DNA from: Octopus vulgaris
Taxonomy: Eukaryota
Assembly: GCA_951406725.2 (NCBI GenBank)
Contig: OX597818.1
Span: forward strand, 1,798,001-1,862,000
Direction of reading: 5' to 3'
DNA: 64,000 nt
Shown piece by piece: positions 1 through 13,615 of this stretch (position 1 is the stretch's first letter; every line of letters begins with the position of its first letter). The notes under the pieces were generated by a model. It was not told the DNA's origin and searched no databases. It saw only the letters and a list, made by a program, of their open reading frames with translations. The position numbers and the translations under genes were made by a program.

Positions 1-1242
1 AAAATAAAAAAATCGATTTTGTACAGAGAGAAGCCATTGAAAAATGTTTGAGGCCGATATGGCAACAAACAAGTTAGATAACGAGGGGTAGTCGCTTCGG
101 CACTGTAGAGGTGCGTTTCCCTAGCGAAGAAATAGCTAGGGAACATTCAACATGGACATTGAAGTCAGAAGAAGTAGTTCTCCTGTCACTTACTTAGGAA
201 AGAGAACTTCGAAAATCACAGTTACGGATATACCACCTGAAATAGATGTGGCCTTTGTCATAGCCGATATTCCCTTAGACAAAGAAGAAGAAATTTCAAT
301 TCTTCAGTCTAAGAGATACCACCACATGAACTGGTTTGGTCAAGATTTAGAGCTTGTCATCCAAGCAAACCCCTCAGACTTAGAAAAATTGTCCAGTTCC
401 CTTACAATTGGAGAAAATACCAGCATGATGGTGGTAGTCGAGGGGAGAAAGCCCAGATGTTAAAAATGTGGCGAGAAAGGCCACATAAGGTCGAGCTGTA
501 AGAAGAGGACAGCCAAAGAAAATGCAGCAGAAGAGGAAAGCACGACGCCAAAGACAACGACCACACCGCTAGAAATAGCAGGCACGTCGCGCACCCCAAT
601 TGCCGAAGTACAGCCGACAGCGGGAGAAAACAACAACAAAAACGACAACATCCAGGAGTGGGTCACCGTAGAACCTTCATAAAGAAGACGGAAACGGAAA
701 AACCCACCCTCTTCGGATACACAGGAATATGCTCCGAGACAGACAAGCACACCCACACCCACAAATACAGTCGCAAACACACACGTAGCCAAAAAAAACA
801 CATTGGAAAAAGTACACACAAATACACACACACACCTACCACAGGCACATACACACCTACAAACACCTGCGCTTCTACAAACACACCCACACCCACACCC
901 CTCCACAATCGCCTAATATAAAAAAGACGAAACACCTTCACGGCGATAAACAAAAATAATAAACTATTAATAGACAAATTTGTTTTAATGAAATCGGCAA
1001 AAAAATATATCGCAACAGATGTAAATAATACTATTTCTGAAAATCTCGAATTATATACTATAGATAACTCTGACTATTTTGAACGAAAAAAATCTTTTGC
1101 GGAGGACGTCGGTCCGTTACAGATGAACTTTTCGAGCCATCTGTACATGCAATTCGCGAAAAAAATAACCTCGCAAAACACAACACTCACAGACAGAAAA
1201 GAGGAGGGTGAAATTACACCCTCTCTCCCGTTAAAACAGTAA
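1..1242 (+). pseudogene. Tx1-like ORF1 (CCHC zinc knuckle protein), disrupted
   Basis: 152..463 ends in VEGRKPRC then a stop inside the CCHC knuckle; Thr/Pro-rich linker follows; homologous to the ORF1 at 40675-41850. Confidence 0.75.
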
Positions 1243-1289
1243 GTTTTAAAAATTCGACTAATTTTTCACGTTCTCGTTTAAACTTGGTT

Positions 1290-3791
1290 GTATAAATATT
1301 CGCAGCCTGGGGTCATATTGGAAGCAAGGCTACCTCCTTAACGACCTTAGGTCGCATCGTTTGGATGTAGTTGTAATTACCGAATCCAGACTGAATGGGC
1401 TGCAGGCTTTTTCGCCCCTTCTAAACGGCTACGTTTCTCCCTTTCGACCGGGAGGGGGTGGAGGAGTGGCACAGTGCTGGTCAGAAAAAACCTGGATTTA
1501 GAGATTAGAACTGTCTTTATAGTTCCGGAAGGCAGGTTGGTCGTTTTGGATGTGACGCACAGCAGTGGTAAAGTGTTCAGGCTGGTTGCTGTCTATGCTC
1601 CCTGCGAAGGAAAAGCCGGGCAGAAAGATTACTTCAGAAGCCTAAAGAATTTTCTTGGTACGTCGAACACGTTATAGTATTGCAAGGTGACTTCAACATA
1701 ATTTGTGATGCACGCGTAGATTATGTTGGCTCGAGAAAGAATAGGAGGGGATTACCACACCTCAACGATCTTCTAAGTCGTTTCGAGTTGGCAGATCGAT
1801 TCAGACTGGACCACCCAGACACTCCAGCGTGGACCTGGACAAGAAACGACGGGTCGTCCAGATCGTACATAGATAGAATCATAACTAGAAGGAAAGATAA
1901 GAAAATACTTGGCTGTCCACAAAAACATATCGTCAGCTACAGCATTCACAAATTAGTGACCTGCACGCTCGACATAGATAGCATGTGTAGACGAGGTACC
2001 GGTTACTGGAAGCTAAACAAGTCACTATTGGACTGTGAAGCCTACACGAATCGGATTAAACAATTAGTAATGAGGGCGTCAACCGGATCCATTATCAACA
2101 ACAAATGGTGGTACGCCCTGAAAAGAGCCATCAAATTTGAGTCAATTAGGTTTAGCAAAGAATTAGCTAGTGCTAGAAACAGAGTAGAAAAGGAACTAGT
2201 TAAGGCAATAGATGAGGCAATGAGGTCAGGCAGTGCATCGAAAGTGTTAGCGGCGAGGTTGGCACTCGACCAACATTTCAAAGCTAATTATGAAGGGTGC
2301 ATTGTCAGGGTTAAGATCCGTGTAATGAGACAGGAAGGGATCATACAGCCGGATGGGCCCAGGTGGTAGAGGGCCAGCGTGGCAACAACTCAACCATTCG
2401 ATCTTTGACGGACCCAAATGGACGATCAGTAAACGGACCCGTGGAGATGTGCAAGGTGTTTCACGATCATTTCGCCCAGCTATTCGGGAGGAGCGGCGGA
2501 CTGGAGCGTGGGGAGAAGCTCGCAGACTTCCTAGCCGGTTCGCCGCGTCTATCGAGGCCGGATGCGGAATCTTGTGAGGCGCCGATCACAGCCAAGGAAG
2601 TCGAGGATGTGTTGGCAGACTGCGGCCGGGACAAATCACCGGGACTCGATGGTTTGCCTTACGAACTCTATTGTAGCATGCCAGACTTGTTTGCGCTCCT
2701 ACCTACATGTGTGTACACCAACTGGCAACAGAACGGGAGAATTCCTAAGTCTGTGAGCCGAGGGGTAGTAGCGCTGTTAAGAAAGGACCCAAACAAAGGG
2801 GATTTAATTGATAATTTTCACTCTGCTTAACGGATTGTTGAAGATTTTGGCCAAGGTCTTAGCAAAAAGGTTGGCGCGGGTCGTGCGTGAACTTGTTGGC
2901 GAGGCGTGAACTTGTGCCATCCCTGGAAGGACCATCCACGACAATCTCCACTTTCTACGCTATACCATAGAAAGGGTAAATAGGATTCCTGGCAAGGATG
3001 GGGCTATGGTCCACTTGGACCAATCGAAAGCGTTCGATAGGGTAGACCATCAGTATCTGGCGGCGGTCCTCGCGGCGGCTAGCTTCGGCCCGACCTTCCG
3101 CGGATGGATCAACGCTTTATACATCAACATCGAATCGGTAGTTCGGGTGAACGGTTTCTTTTCGGAGCTGTTCCGCATTGAACGTTCGGTACGTCAAGGG
3201 TGTTCTCTCTCCCTGCTTCTTTACATTTTGGCCCTCGAGCCGTTGCTGAGGAGGTTGGAAACTATGAGGGGCACTCCGCAAGATCTAGGGTGCGGAAAGT
3301 CAGCTTCGGCGTATGCGGACGACATCACCGTCATCGTATCCCGGGTCGAGCACCTACAGTGGTGGGTGAGGCCTGAAGGGATTACGAAGCGGTGGAAGGA
3401 GCGAAAGTCAACCGGGATAAATCGGTCGGCTTGCAACTCGGCACCTGGAGGGGCAAGTCGATGTCTTCCGACAGCGTCGTAGGACGTTGGACAGAAGGGC
3501 CGGTGAAAATGCTTGGAATCTGTAATTAAGATCTTTCCGCCGACCTCCCTGAATAGGGAGGAGCGAGCCTGTTTTCTCTCGGTTGTTGCTGTGGCGAAAG
3601 AAGTAGTATGGAAGACGAGAATGAAAGGAATTGCAACCGGCATGTTTATCTCCAGTCTCGAGCTAATCGACTTTTTCGTTTTCCACATGAAACGGAAAAT
3701 AAAGCTGGAGAAGAAATGCCTGTCGCAAAGTGTGTTTCGTAAAAGATGGAAGTATATAGCAAGTATGTTGCGAGTGAAAGAACCTGTTTAA
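1290..3791 (+). pseudogene. ORF2 apurinic-like endonuclease plus reverse transcriptase; frameshifted, with an apparent internal deletion near 3520
   Basis: ORF pieces 1474-1677, 1680-2369, 2363-2830, 3006-3482 and 3513-3791 carry successive APE/RT motifs in different frames. Confidence 0.88.
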
Positions 3792-4029
3792 TCGAGAATG
3801 TAAAAAAGGAGATAGCAAAGTCTTCAGTGTGAGTATGTGGTTTGTGGTTTCAACGCGTCCTCCGCTTCATTTTGTGTTAATCACTCATTCTCATTTAATT
3901 GTATATATTTTAATTGTTTGTTTAGTCATACGTTTCGTCTCATTCGATACCCTGACCCCCAACGTTTGTTTTGTCTGTCCCCGTATTGTCCCCTCTTTTT
4001 CTCAACCTTATGGTGAATAAAGAAATACT

Positions 4030-4228
4030 CAGTCTCTCTCTCTCCCTCCCTCCCCCGCTGTGTCTTTCCCGTGAAACTCTGCCTCCTTCCACTTTTCTTT
4101 ATCTTATTTTTGTTTTGTTAGACGCAATGGCTCTCTCTCTCTCCCTCTCTCACTTTGTCTTTCCCGTGAAAATCCCTGCCTCCTTCTTCCACTTTTTCTT
4201 TATCTTATTTTTTTTATGTTAGACGCCA
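4030..4228. repeat. Two imperfect tandem copies of a ~95 bp CT-rich unit
   Basis: ctttcccgtgaaa...ccacttt...gttagacgc occurs twice. Confidence 0.7.
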
Positions 4229-4425
4229 TCAAAAAGTAATGGCTGATATTTGTTATGGTTAAAAGTTATGGTTGAAAATTGTTGAAAATAGATTTTTACC
4301 CTATCCGCGGGTGCCTCGGGGAAAAAATAAGTTGACAAAACCCAGATAGAATGTTGACAAATGTCCTCCTAAAATTTGAGCGACATGCGTGCTAATTTGT
4401 GGATTTACATAAATTCCTATCACGT

Positions 4426-4427
<2 letters not shown>

Positions 4428-4465
<38 letters not shown>

Positions 4466-4472
4466 ACACACA

Positions 4473-4569
<97 letters not shown>
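4428..4569. repeat. (CA)n microsatellite
   Basis: Direct reading. Confidence 0.98.
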
Positions 4570-4570
<1 letters not shown>

Positions 4571-4809
4571 CCTCCCTTTTATAGATATGATAATAATTGT
4601 CTTCGTTGCTGTCAAACTCCTTCTGAATGAATTCCCAAACAAATCGACCAATGAACTAACATCAACACAAAATTGGTCAAATATTGTTGAAACTGTTCGA
4701 TTTCAGTAATGGGAAGTTACTTAGGTACTTGAACTATGTTCAAAATTTCAAAGTTTTCAATTTTATTTTCATTTAACTTATAGGGAGCAACTAATTGCTT
4801 TTGCCATTG

Positions 4810-4840
<31 letters not shown>

Positions 4841-7291
4841 TTTCATCATCATTATTACTATTTGGTGATCCCAGTCGAAACAGACCTCTTCACAGGGCTA
4901 AGGAACCCAAGTCTTTTGACCATGTCATCAGAATTGAGGACTTTATAAGATCTACCACCAGATGACCGAGGTCCCCTACGCAAACTAACTCATCTTTTAC
5001 TTTAGTGACCAGTGATACGAATCCCCCGTGATGTGAGTGTTAAAGTCCCATAAATTTATTTTGATGTTCTATTTGTGTTCCACGCAATATTTTTCCTACG
5101 TATAAATGGAGTGCAACAAACTTTTAGTAGATTTTAATGTTTATGGGGTGTATCTCTCCAAAGATGAACCCTCTTCAACAGAAAATATCGTCCACAACTA
5201 CTCTAAAAGATGAAGGAGACATTATTTGATGTAGTTTTAGAAATATTATGCCTGAATAAAAGAATGGGTGGACACATCTAGGAGATTTTATATTGAAAAC
5301 TCATTTTATTGATTTAATGCATCAAATTTGTGTCAACCAAATCTGAAATATAACAATGTAGTATTGTACGTTGAGGTTAAACCAATGAAATGACATAGTT
5401 ATGCAAGGTAAGCTATTACTCATGTTTGTAGCTGAGCCAAACAGTCAGTAGTCCAGGCTATCATCGTTTGTTCGTTAAATTATTTTGTTTCTGGCAATGA
5501 ATCACATATAAAACAAATTACTAAACATATAATTTAACAGTAAGTCGAATTCACACGCGAAAACTCATGCTTTTAGAACTAATATTAAGCTATCAAATGT
5601 TAAGACCTGTTACATTCGATACCGTAATATTAGTTCGGGATGTATCGTTTGTGCATGACTATGTTACTTTTTACTGGTGTCTCAAATATTAGATTTACTC
5701 CCAGATGTAGATTACAGCAGGTATTTCGGTGAACAAATATAAAGGCGCACCCAGCTATTGTATTACTGATGATGAGTAAGGAAGAACGATTATATATATC
5801 TTCGTATATATTATTATATGAAAGTTATATTTGAAAAATAAAAACCCGAATCTATTTGCAAACAATAATTTGATGGCAAATTTCACTGTAATGTTTTCTT
5901 TTATAATTTATCAAGATGACATATTTTTTCGTTTATACAAGATGTAAAAATGAGGTCATAAAGTTCTCCTGTGACTTTATTCCCTTTTGATGTATAATAT
6001 TCGCATGAAGCTTATCAGTTTCATGGTGGATGTTGTAAGTATGAATATGATACTTAAAGCCTTTAGAGTTTTAAGATTCAGTGCAAACACGATAGAATGG
6101 ATCCGCAATAGTTTTAGCTGAATTGCTCCATAAACTATGAATTGTCAACCAATTAATGCACCATTGTACATTAATTGACACACTTTTGCATGTTATCTGT
6201 GAGACAGGCAGAAAAGGGAAAAGAGCAGCCTGGATGAATAGTTGGGGAAAAACATGGTAAAGAAGAGAGCTACTCGGCTATGAGATTGCTGACGTGTAGG
6301 TGAGCTATTTTAGTCGATAATGAGCTTCTTCTTGTGTGTTTTCTCCCTAGTAAGTAACAAACGCTGACATAAAATGTCCGACAATTCTATCCATTTACTT
6401 CGATAAACTTAACCCACTGGAGCATGTGAGCAGCAAGTATTCCACGTGTCTGACCAATTCGACACAAACAGTTCAGTTTAATTCGATTTTCCATTGAATG
6501 TCCAGAAGGCGTATAAGAAATTCTTCAGTGTCTTATGCACCTCACACGTAGGAGCTATACCTCTACAGACAACATTTATGAAGCTTCCTCTGCACCTAGT
6601 GTCTTTGTCTCGAAATTAAATTTCTAAACCAATGTTATTCATTTTAACCATGAAAAATTTGACAAAAGAAAATGGATAAACTCAACAGAAACCTAGTATT
6701 TATTTTACTGAGAACACACTACGTATTTCTTGGAAACTGACATTATTAATAAATCTTTTATTTTTACTCAAATTTAAGGTTTCTTTATACATAATAGTTG
6801 TAAATTACTAAAACGTTTGTACTTTCTTCTGCAGTCTATTGTTAACAGCGATGTGGATGCTGCCATATTTGATATAGTCAATAAAGATATTTTAAATATT
6901 ATTACCCCTTTAATTATATTAAAATTGATTATCAAGTTTAGTAATTAGTGTTGATGATGATATCAAAAAGACAGTTTTGGGCAAAGAACTGGAAAATAGT
7001 ACTTTTCTGTGATGTAACAGGATGTGTGATTGACGAGGTTCTGCCGTGCTGTTCTATATCTCTGCTGCTGTTTCTTGATATTTGTTCTAACTGTTGATCT
7101 TTTATTTTTACCCCATATAAATCCGCTCACTCTAGCCTTTTAAGGACAGGGGTTTTCCTCTCTGGTCAAGACATTATCAACTTCAAGTGCCACTCAACGT
7201 GGAAAGAAAGAAAGTGTAGAGCTGCCAACCAAAGTGTTTGTTTTCGAATTGTTGATGAGAACGGCGAGAACACCGTAGCTACTTGAGTATA

Positions 7292-8502
7292 CGAGGGACG
7301 TTCAATAAGTAATGCCTCTGACCCAGCTCTGAATTAATTGTGGTTTCTGATTTACAGGTGTTTGAACCGAAGTGTGAAATGGAGCCTGTTGAGTGTCGAG
7401 CAGTGATCCGGTTTTTGTATTTGAAAGGACGCACACCACAGGAGACTTTTGATGAAATGAAAGTAACTTATGGTAATGATGCCCCATCATATAACCTTGT
7501 AAAACGCTGGCATCATGAATTCAAACATGGTCGGAACTCTGTGGAAACAGCTCCCAGATCTGGTCGCCCCCTTCTGCCATTGATGAGACGTCTGTCCGTC
7601 AAGTTGAGGCTGCCACTTTGGAAGATCGACGCATAATTATTCGCCAAATAGCCCATGAGGTCAAGATTAGTACCGGATCTGTGGAAACTATCATTCATGA
7701 CCATTTGCATATGCAAAAGGTGTCTGCCAGATGGATTCCCAGGTTGCTTACGCCTTTCCAGAAGCAAGAACGCGTCGAGTGCTCGAGGGTGAATTTGGAG
7801 ATGTGCCAAGAAGATGAGTCAAAATTTTTCAAAAGACTGATTACACAGGATGAAACCTGGGTCCATCACGATGATCCAGAAACCAAAGCCCAGTCAATGC
7901 AGTGGAAGCACCGTGACTCACCCCCTCCAAAGAAGGCAAGGGTGTAGCCCTCCGCTGGCAAGGTCATGCTCACAGTCTTCTGGGACCAGGACGGAGTAGT
8001 GATGACAGATTTCCTGGCAAAGGGTACCACAATTGCAGGAGCCTATTATGCTTCACGTTTGTGGAAATTAAGAGAAGTTATCAAAATCAAGAGGCGGGGC
8101 AAGATCAGCAAAGGCATCCTCCTCCTGCAGGACAACGCTCCGGTCCACAACTCGCTTGTCGCCAGATCAGAAGCAGAGGCGTATGGCTATGAACTCCTCC
8201 CCATCCCCCCTACTTTCCTGACCTTGCACCCTCTGATTTTCACCTCTTCCCAATCATGAAGTTGTTTTTGAAAGGAAAGCGTTTCCCAGATGATGCAGCC
8301 TTGATTTCTGAAGTCACGTTGAGGTTGGAGGACCAAGCTGGGTTCTTCTACAAAAACGGTCTCCAGAGCCGCATCAAACGATGGGAGAAATGCGTAACTC
8401 TGGTTGGTTCCTATGTAGAAAAAGACTAATAACTGTGCCAAGTTTCGTTGCTCTACTGCTATGGGAAGTGGGTCAGGGGCATTACTTATTGAACGCCCCT
8501 CG
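7292..8502 (+). mobile_element. Full-length mariner (Tc1/mariner DD34D type) element
   Basis: TIRs cgagggacgttcaataagtaatgcc / ggcattacttattgaacgcccctcg flanked by TA; transposase inside. Confidence 0.95.
7379..8429 (+). pseudogene. mariner transposase pseudogene
   Basis: MEPVECRAVIRFL start, WIPRLL, QDETW, QDNAPVH, PDLAPSDF-like motif; frameshifts and an internal stop at 7947. Confidence 0.93.
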
Positions 8503-8740
8503 TATATAGGAGGAGGCAACTGGATGGCAGAATAAACTGGGACTTTATATAAGGTTTTTCTCCGAATTAATCTACATGACTTTCCCTACCTATTGAGGAC
8601 TCCTCTCGTTGACTTTTTTTTATTATCGATTATCTGTTGATTTCATGTTCTTTCTTATCTATCTACTGACTTTAATGTCTTGGGTTGTTGTAGTTAATAT
8701 AAGACATCATTGTGCGGTGAAAGTTGATGCATATATATAT

Positions 8741-9433
8741 ATTTTATCATTAATTAAAATCTTAGGGTAGCAAGAATATTTATTGAAAAAATTCTTAGTT
8801 ACCAGTGGTCTAGCGAGAAGGAAAAAATTAGTCAATAGACTATACATTATTCAGAGAAGAATACAATGTACATTCAAACACGAAAGAGATACCCGAAGAA
8901 TAGGATATCTGACTCACTAGAAAGAGCAGTTAAACTCTAAGCCACTAATTGTTGTAATTCCGAAAGTGATTGAAAAATAAAAATAAAAACTTTTACCGTA
9001 AGAGTTTTTTCGATAAATATTCTTGCTACCCTAAGATTTTAATTAATGATAAAATGTTTTTTGGCTAATTTTGGAAGAAAATCGACAATTTACTTATTTA
9101 GTGCCGGTTGAGCTCTGCATTTGCGCGGCGGATTTAAAAAATTAGAACCTATAGACTCGTGGCTGATTATTTATCGTTCCGTGTCTATGTGTTCATTCCT
9201 GGCAACCTACTGAAGACGCAGCGCCAGATATAGACTGAAATTATTTTATTTCAATCTGTATTTAAGTCTGCAGAAATCTTGCAGGGTCTAGGATTAAGGT
9301 AAAAGTTTATATTTTTCAATCACTTTCGGAATTACAACAATTAGTGGCTTGAAGTTTAACTGCTCTTTCTAGTGAGTCAGATATCCTATTCTTTGGGTAT
9401 CTCTTTTGTGTTTGAATGTACACTGTACTCTTC

Positions 9434-9437
<4 letters not shown>
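8741..9437. mobile_element. Penelope-like element end fragment with interleaved inverted repeats, in (TA)n
   Basis: 8741-8781 is inverted at ~9015-9055; ~8852-8978 is inverted at ~9311-9437; contains a hammerhead motif; TA tracts on both sides. Confidence 0.6.
9206..9292 (+). ncRNA. Type I hammerhead ribozyme motif (palindromic stem III)
   Basis: CCUA-CUGAAGA-C-GCAG..long hairpin..CUGC-A-GAA-AUCUUGCAGGGU-C/UAGG; GUC cleavage site after 9288. Confidence 0.8.
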
Positions 9438-9494
<57 letters not shown>

Positions 9495-10765
9495 TAGAAT
9501 TGAAAATGCGCGCACTCAAAAGGGGTGCAAAATGTCATAAAAAACCTTAAAATGCTTGCATTGTTGCTCAAGAATATTGGAATCACTATATGTTATACAT
9601 TTTGTGGCATCTTAAAACGAAAAGAGACTCATGTGTGAATTACGATGTCACGATAATTATTAAACCGAGTTCTTAATATATAAATTTGAAAATGTACAAA
9701 GTATGATCTTTAATTTAGAATAAGTAATTCCATTTTCATCCCAAAGTATATAAAAACATATTTCACACTGCATGCAAATTACCGTGGTAATAAAAAAAAA
9801 AGGATTTATGATGAAGTAAATCTATATAACAGAGAAAATACGAAGCCGAAGTAATTATAAGCAAAGATAATTCGCATTATGATACACAAATTAATGAAAT
9901 AGTTATGCGAATTAAATAAATTCTTACTAAATTATTTTTATAAAAATAATCATTCATAGATTGAATTATTGCGTAAAGATGACATTAGTATTTATACACA
10001 ATTGTTTTGTTAAAATTGAATATACGATAAATATAACCTAATTTTAATGAACTAACATTTCTTGTGATAAAAGGATGCCACAGACTGTACAACATATAGT
10101 GTGGCCCAAAAGTGGGTTTACAGTTATTCAACTATCTCTTTCGCATTCATATATTAACAGTTTAGATCTTAATTATTAAAAAAATACGAAACAATATGAA
10201 GCATGATGGAGCACTTCCACATTATGGGTTAACAGTAAGAGACTACCTTAACCAAGCCTTTCCACAGAGTTGGTTTGGAAGACAGGACAACATCGAATGG
10301 CCATCATGTTCACCTGACCTGACACCAATGGATTTCTTTTTGGGGGGATGTTGTAAAGAACAAGGTTTATGAGAAGAATCCCCAAACAGTAAATGGATTA
10401 AACGATTACATTTCTGACGCATTCACTGGAATTGATGGAGATCAGAATTTGTGCCGCACTGTATGCCAGAGTGTTCTGAAGAGGTTTGAAGAATGTTGCA
10501 ATGTTGAAGGAGGACATTTTGAGCTTCTGAGAAATTAAACTTTGTTTAAGATGTGCATAAAGTATATGATTGTAAGATAGAAATTTAAATGTAATAGAAT
10601 GCTTTAAAAGAATTTTAAAGTGCCTACGTGATAACTGTAAACCTATTTTGGGCCATCCTGTCTAGTGATTCCAATATTTTTGAGTAACAATGATAGTCCC
10701 ATACTTTTTAAGGTTTATTAGGACTTTCTGTAACCCTTTTGAGCGTGCGCATTTTTCAATTCAAG
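9495..10765. mobile_element. Non-autonomous TIR element (~95 bp imperfect TIRs) enclosing other DNA
   Basis: gaattgaaaatgcgcgcactcaaaaggg...aatattggaatcacta is inverted at 10663-10765. Confidence 0.7.
10097..10660 (+). mobile_element. Internally deleted Tc1/mariner DD41D (rosa-like) transposon
   Basis: TIRs gtggcccaaaagtgggtttacagtt / aactgtaaacctattttgggccatcctg; manual translation from 10202 gives HDGALPHY...WPSCSPDLTPMDFF (41 residues between the two D) and GGHFELL. Confidence 0.85.
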
Positions 10766-11113
10766 TTTCGTACTTTTTAAGGCAATGCTTGTAATATTTC
10801 ATATATGTACCGTACATCTAGTAGTGTGGCAGCTAATGGGTGTATGTCTGAGTGTGTGTGTGTGTGTGCGTCGCACGCGCGCGTGTGTGCGTGGGCGTGC
10901 TTGTTCATGTGTGCGTGAGTGAGCGAGTGTGTGCGCGTGCGTGCTTGTTCTTGTCTGTGTGTGTGTGTATGTGCATGAGAGCGTGTTCTTGTATACTCCC
11001 ACAGATCTTGTTTAATTTAGTTTTAAAATTAAGAGAAATCAATGTCATTTATATTTCTTTCTTTCGCATTAATCAATAGTAAGTGTTAATTTACATTTCT
11101 TCCTTTTCTCCCT

Positions 11114-11189
11114 ACAATATTTCGGCTCTTTAATGCATGTTGCAATATTTCGGCTCTTTGATGCATATTGCAATATTTCGGCTCTTTGG
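11114..11189. repeat. 28-bp tandem repeat, about 3 copies
   Basis: caatatttcggctcttt repeated three times. Confidence 0.8.
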
Positions 11190-11694
11190 TGGTTAAAAAA
11201 TACATGGAGTATTATAACTCATACGGCTTTTTCGACGCTGATCTAGTTTTCTTCTTGGAAATTTACGGGGTGTGCATTCACAAATGAAGCAGGTAAGAAC
11301 AAATATGCAAATCTTTTTCAAGTTTAAAATGCGACATTGTTTTTGTTATATCTACATTCCACACACAAATACATAAAAACAGAACACGCTCGCACACACA
11401 CACACACTCACACACACAAGAACAAGCTCACACTCACACACAGACGTACATCCATTAGCTTTCACTTCCACTTCGGTACGTCCGACAGAACAAGCACGCA
11501 CGAAGACAGCTGCATGCCAAATTATCGCTCATTAGTTGATGATGATTGAAAATTAACCAATAAAATGCGATCACCACGCAAACAGCCACGGCCCCTTTAC
11601 ACTTTTATTGGCAACCTAGGCATATATTGTCAGACAAGTAGTAGACGCGACTACAACATTCTGTTATCGGTCACTGCGTGCCTGACAGATATAT

Positions 11695-11830
11695 AGCTTC
11701 CGTTTAACAAATCCACTCACAAGGCTTTGATCAGCCTGAGACTACAGCATGAAGACACTTGCCCAAGGTGCCACTTAGTTGGACTGAACTCGGAACCTTG
11801 AGGTTGGGAAGCGAACTACTTACCACACAT
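11695..11830 (-). mobile_element. tRNA-derived CORE-type SINE 5' fragment
   Basis: Reverse complement of ...caccttgggcaagtgtcttc... shared with other copies in the window. Confidence 0.7.
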
Positions 11831-12489
11831 ATACAGCATTTATAAAACAGATAATAACTTACATAATGCTTCAAATGTAGAAGTAGAATAGCAAGCACAA
11901 GGCTTAATTTACATGAAGAATAATAACATATACATAATGCTTCATATATAGAAGTATTGTAGCATATATAAAGAGCTTCATATATCACCAGATCCTTCTG
12001 TAATAAAGGGTGACATAGATATTGACTGGTTGGCTGGTTGATTTATCCAGTCATACTTTACATCGTATAAAGAGGTGGGAGAGGGGGATAAAAAAAGAGA
12101 TACAAAAGATGTACATGAATGCACATACGAGATTTGGAGACAGGGAATGAATAAATGAATACTACACACATACACACACACACAGTAACAAAGAAAGAAA
12201 AAACATCGCAAAGATAGAAGGGGAGAAAACAATTGAATAACGCGAGAAGTTGTAAAAATGAGAAATTTGTTTTATTCAATTTTATTTTATGGTATTAAAC
12301 ATTAATCTTTTAAAAATTTGTAATCATTTCATTTTGTATAAGCTGCAAGAAATTCAAGAGAAGTTACATTATAATTATTCTATGTATGCCATATTTCCTG
12401 ATATTACCCATGCCAAAAGAAAGCCATCATGAGAAGGGTAATACTCTAGTAACATACATATAGTTTCGTATACAGAATTATAAAGTATA

Positions 12490-12712
12490 AAGTAATCTCT
12501 CGACTATCTCGGGTGTTACGTTCCAAAAGCCCCTGCGATAGTTGAAAATCCACGAAGGAGAAACAGTATTGTACTGTATTTTCTCTTTTATTATTTTTAT
12601 AATTTGTATATATTTATTTTATTATAAATACAAAACAACACCACGTAGGAATCGACGTAAGATTAAATAAGAAACCGCGATAGGTGAACCGCGATATGGC
12701 GAGGGATTACTG
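12490..12712. mobile_element. pogo/Tigger-like MITE
   Basis: agtaatctctcg / cgagggattactg terminal inverted repeats with TA flanks. Confidence 0.7.
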
Positions 12713-12749
12713 TATAGGCTACATATATATAAAAAAAAGTTATCTTACA

Positions 12750-13146
12750 TCTTTATATATAAAAGTCAAGTTGTGTGTCTGTCTCCTACGATTTAGATTC
12801 CTAACTACTCCCACATTTTGCGGTGCAGTTTAACCAAAACCGGGTATCTTATAGTCGTGATTCATATCGAGCCCTTCTGGGTATTAGCGCGCGTCTACGA
12901 TGAGTCTACGATTTAAAAAAAAATTACCATCATTTTTTTCCATTTTAATGCATTTTTTTCGCTATTATATAAGGGAAGTAACTCTCTAAAAACGTCTACG
13001 ATGAGTCAACGATTTAAAAAAAAATTTACCATCATTTTTTTTCCATTCTTAATGCATTTTTTGCTATTTTTTGGCTATAACTCTCTAAAACTGCTTATAT
13101 AGTTATTTCCCTTACAAACCCGAGCAACGCCGGGCTATACCACTAG
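12750..13146 (+). mobile_element. Non-autonomous Helitron-like element
   Basis: A|TC start, subterminal hairpin cccgagcaacgccggg, CTAG|T end; three copies in the window. Confidence 0.85.
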
Positions 13147-13352
13147 TATAATATAATGCAATGTGCCTCATCGGTCATGCTAGAAAGAGAAGATTAAAAC
13201 AACAGAGTGGGAATGAGTGAAGTCTGAGAGAGCTAAAGAAAGCAAACAGTAGTAAAAGGTTTTACTCTGAAGACGCTGGTATTTTAATCAAAATAAAACT
13301 GTAAAACTTTATCGTGAATTGTATTTAGTTTATATATATACGCATATATTAG

Positions 13353-13393
<41 letters not shown>

Positions 13394-13615
13394 CCTTGTC
13401 CTACGTCCTGGTTTTGTTTTGTTGTTTATTTTTTATACTTTATTTTTACCGTTATTGTTTTTACGTTTTTGTATTCTTATTGTTGTCACGTATTCTGTAT
13501 TTTTGTTCGTGTACTTCGTTCGTTTTCCGTCCTCGTGTTGTATACATTCGAAGCTTTCTTCCAGGGGATCTAATGCACTTGGCTTAGATTTCCCGTGGCG
13601 GGCTGCCCATATCGG

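Larger units (their letters stand above)
1..4027 (+). mobile_element. Tx1/L1-clade non-LTR retrotransposon, decayed; 5' end lies outside the window
   Basis: ORF1 remnant with zinc knuckle (KPRC*KCGEKGHIRSSC), ORF2 fragments with APE motifs (VYAP, GDFN, SYIDRI, GYWKLN) and RT motifs (KSPGLDG, LDQSKAFDRV, VRQGC, AYADD); 3' end AATAAAGAAAT abutting a (CT)n tract. Confidence 0.92.

Noticed and set aside
4301-4651. ORFs with poly-VC/HT (and similar YI, MYVC, poly-I/N ORFs throughout)
   Set aside because: Translations of microsatellites, not genes
5760-5790. CUGAUGA motif
   Set aside because: No GAAA or UH strands with complementary stems nearby
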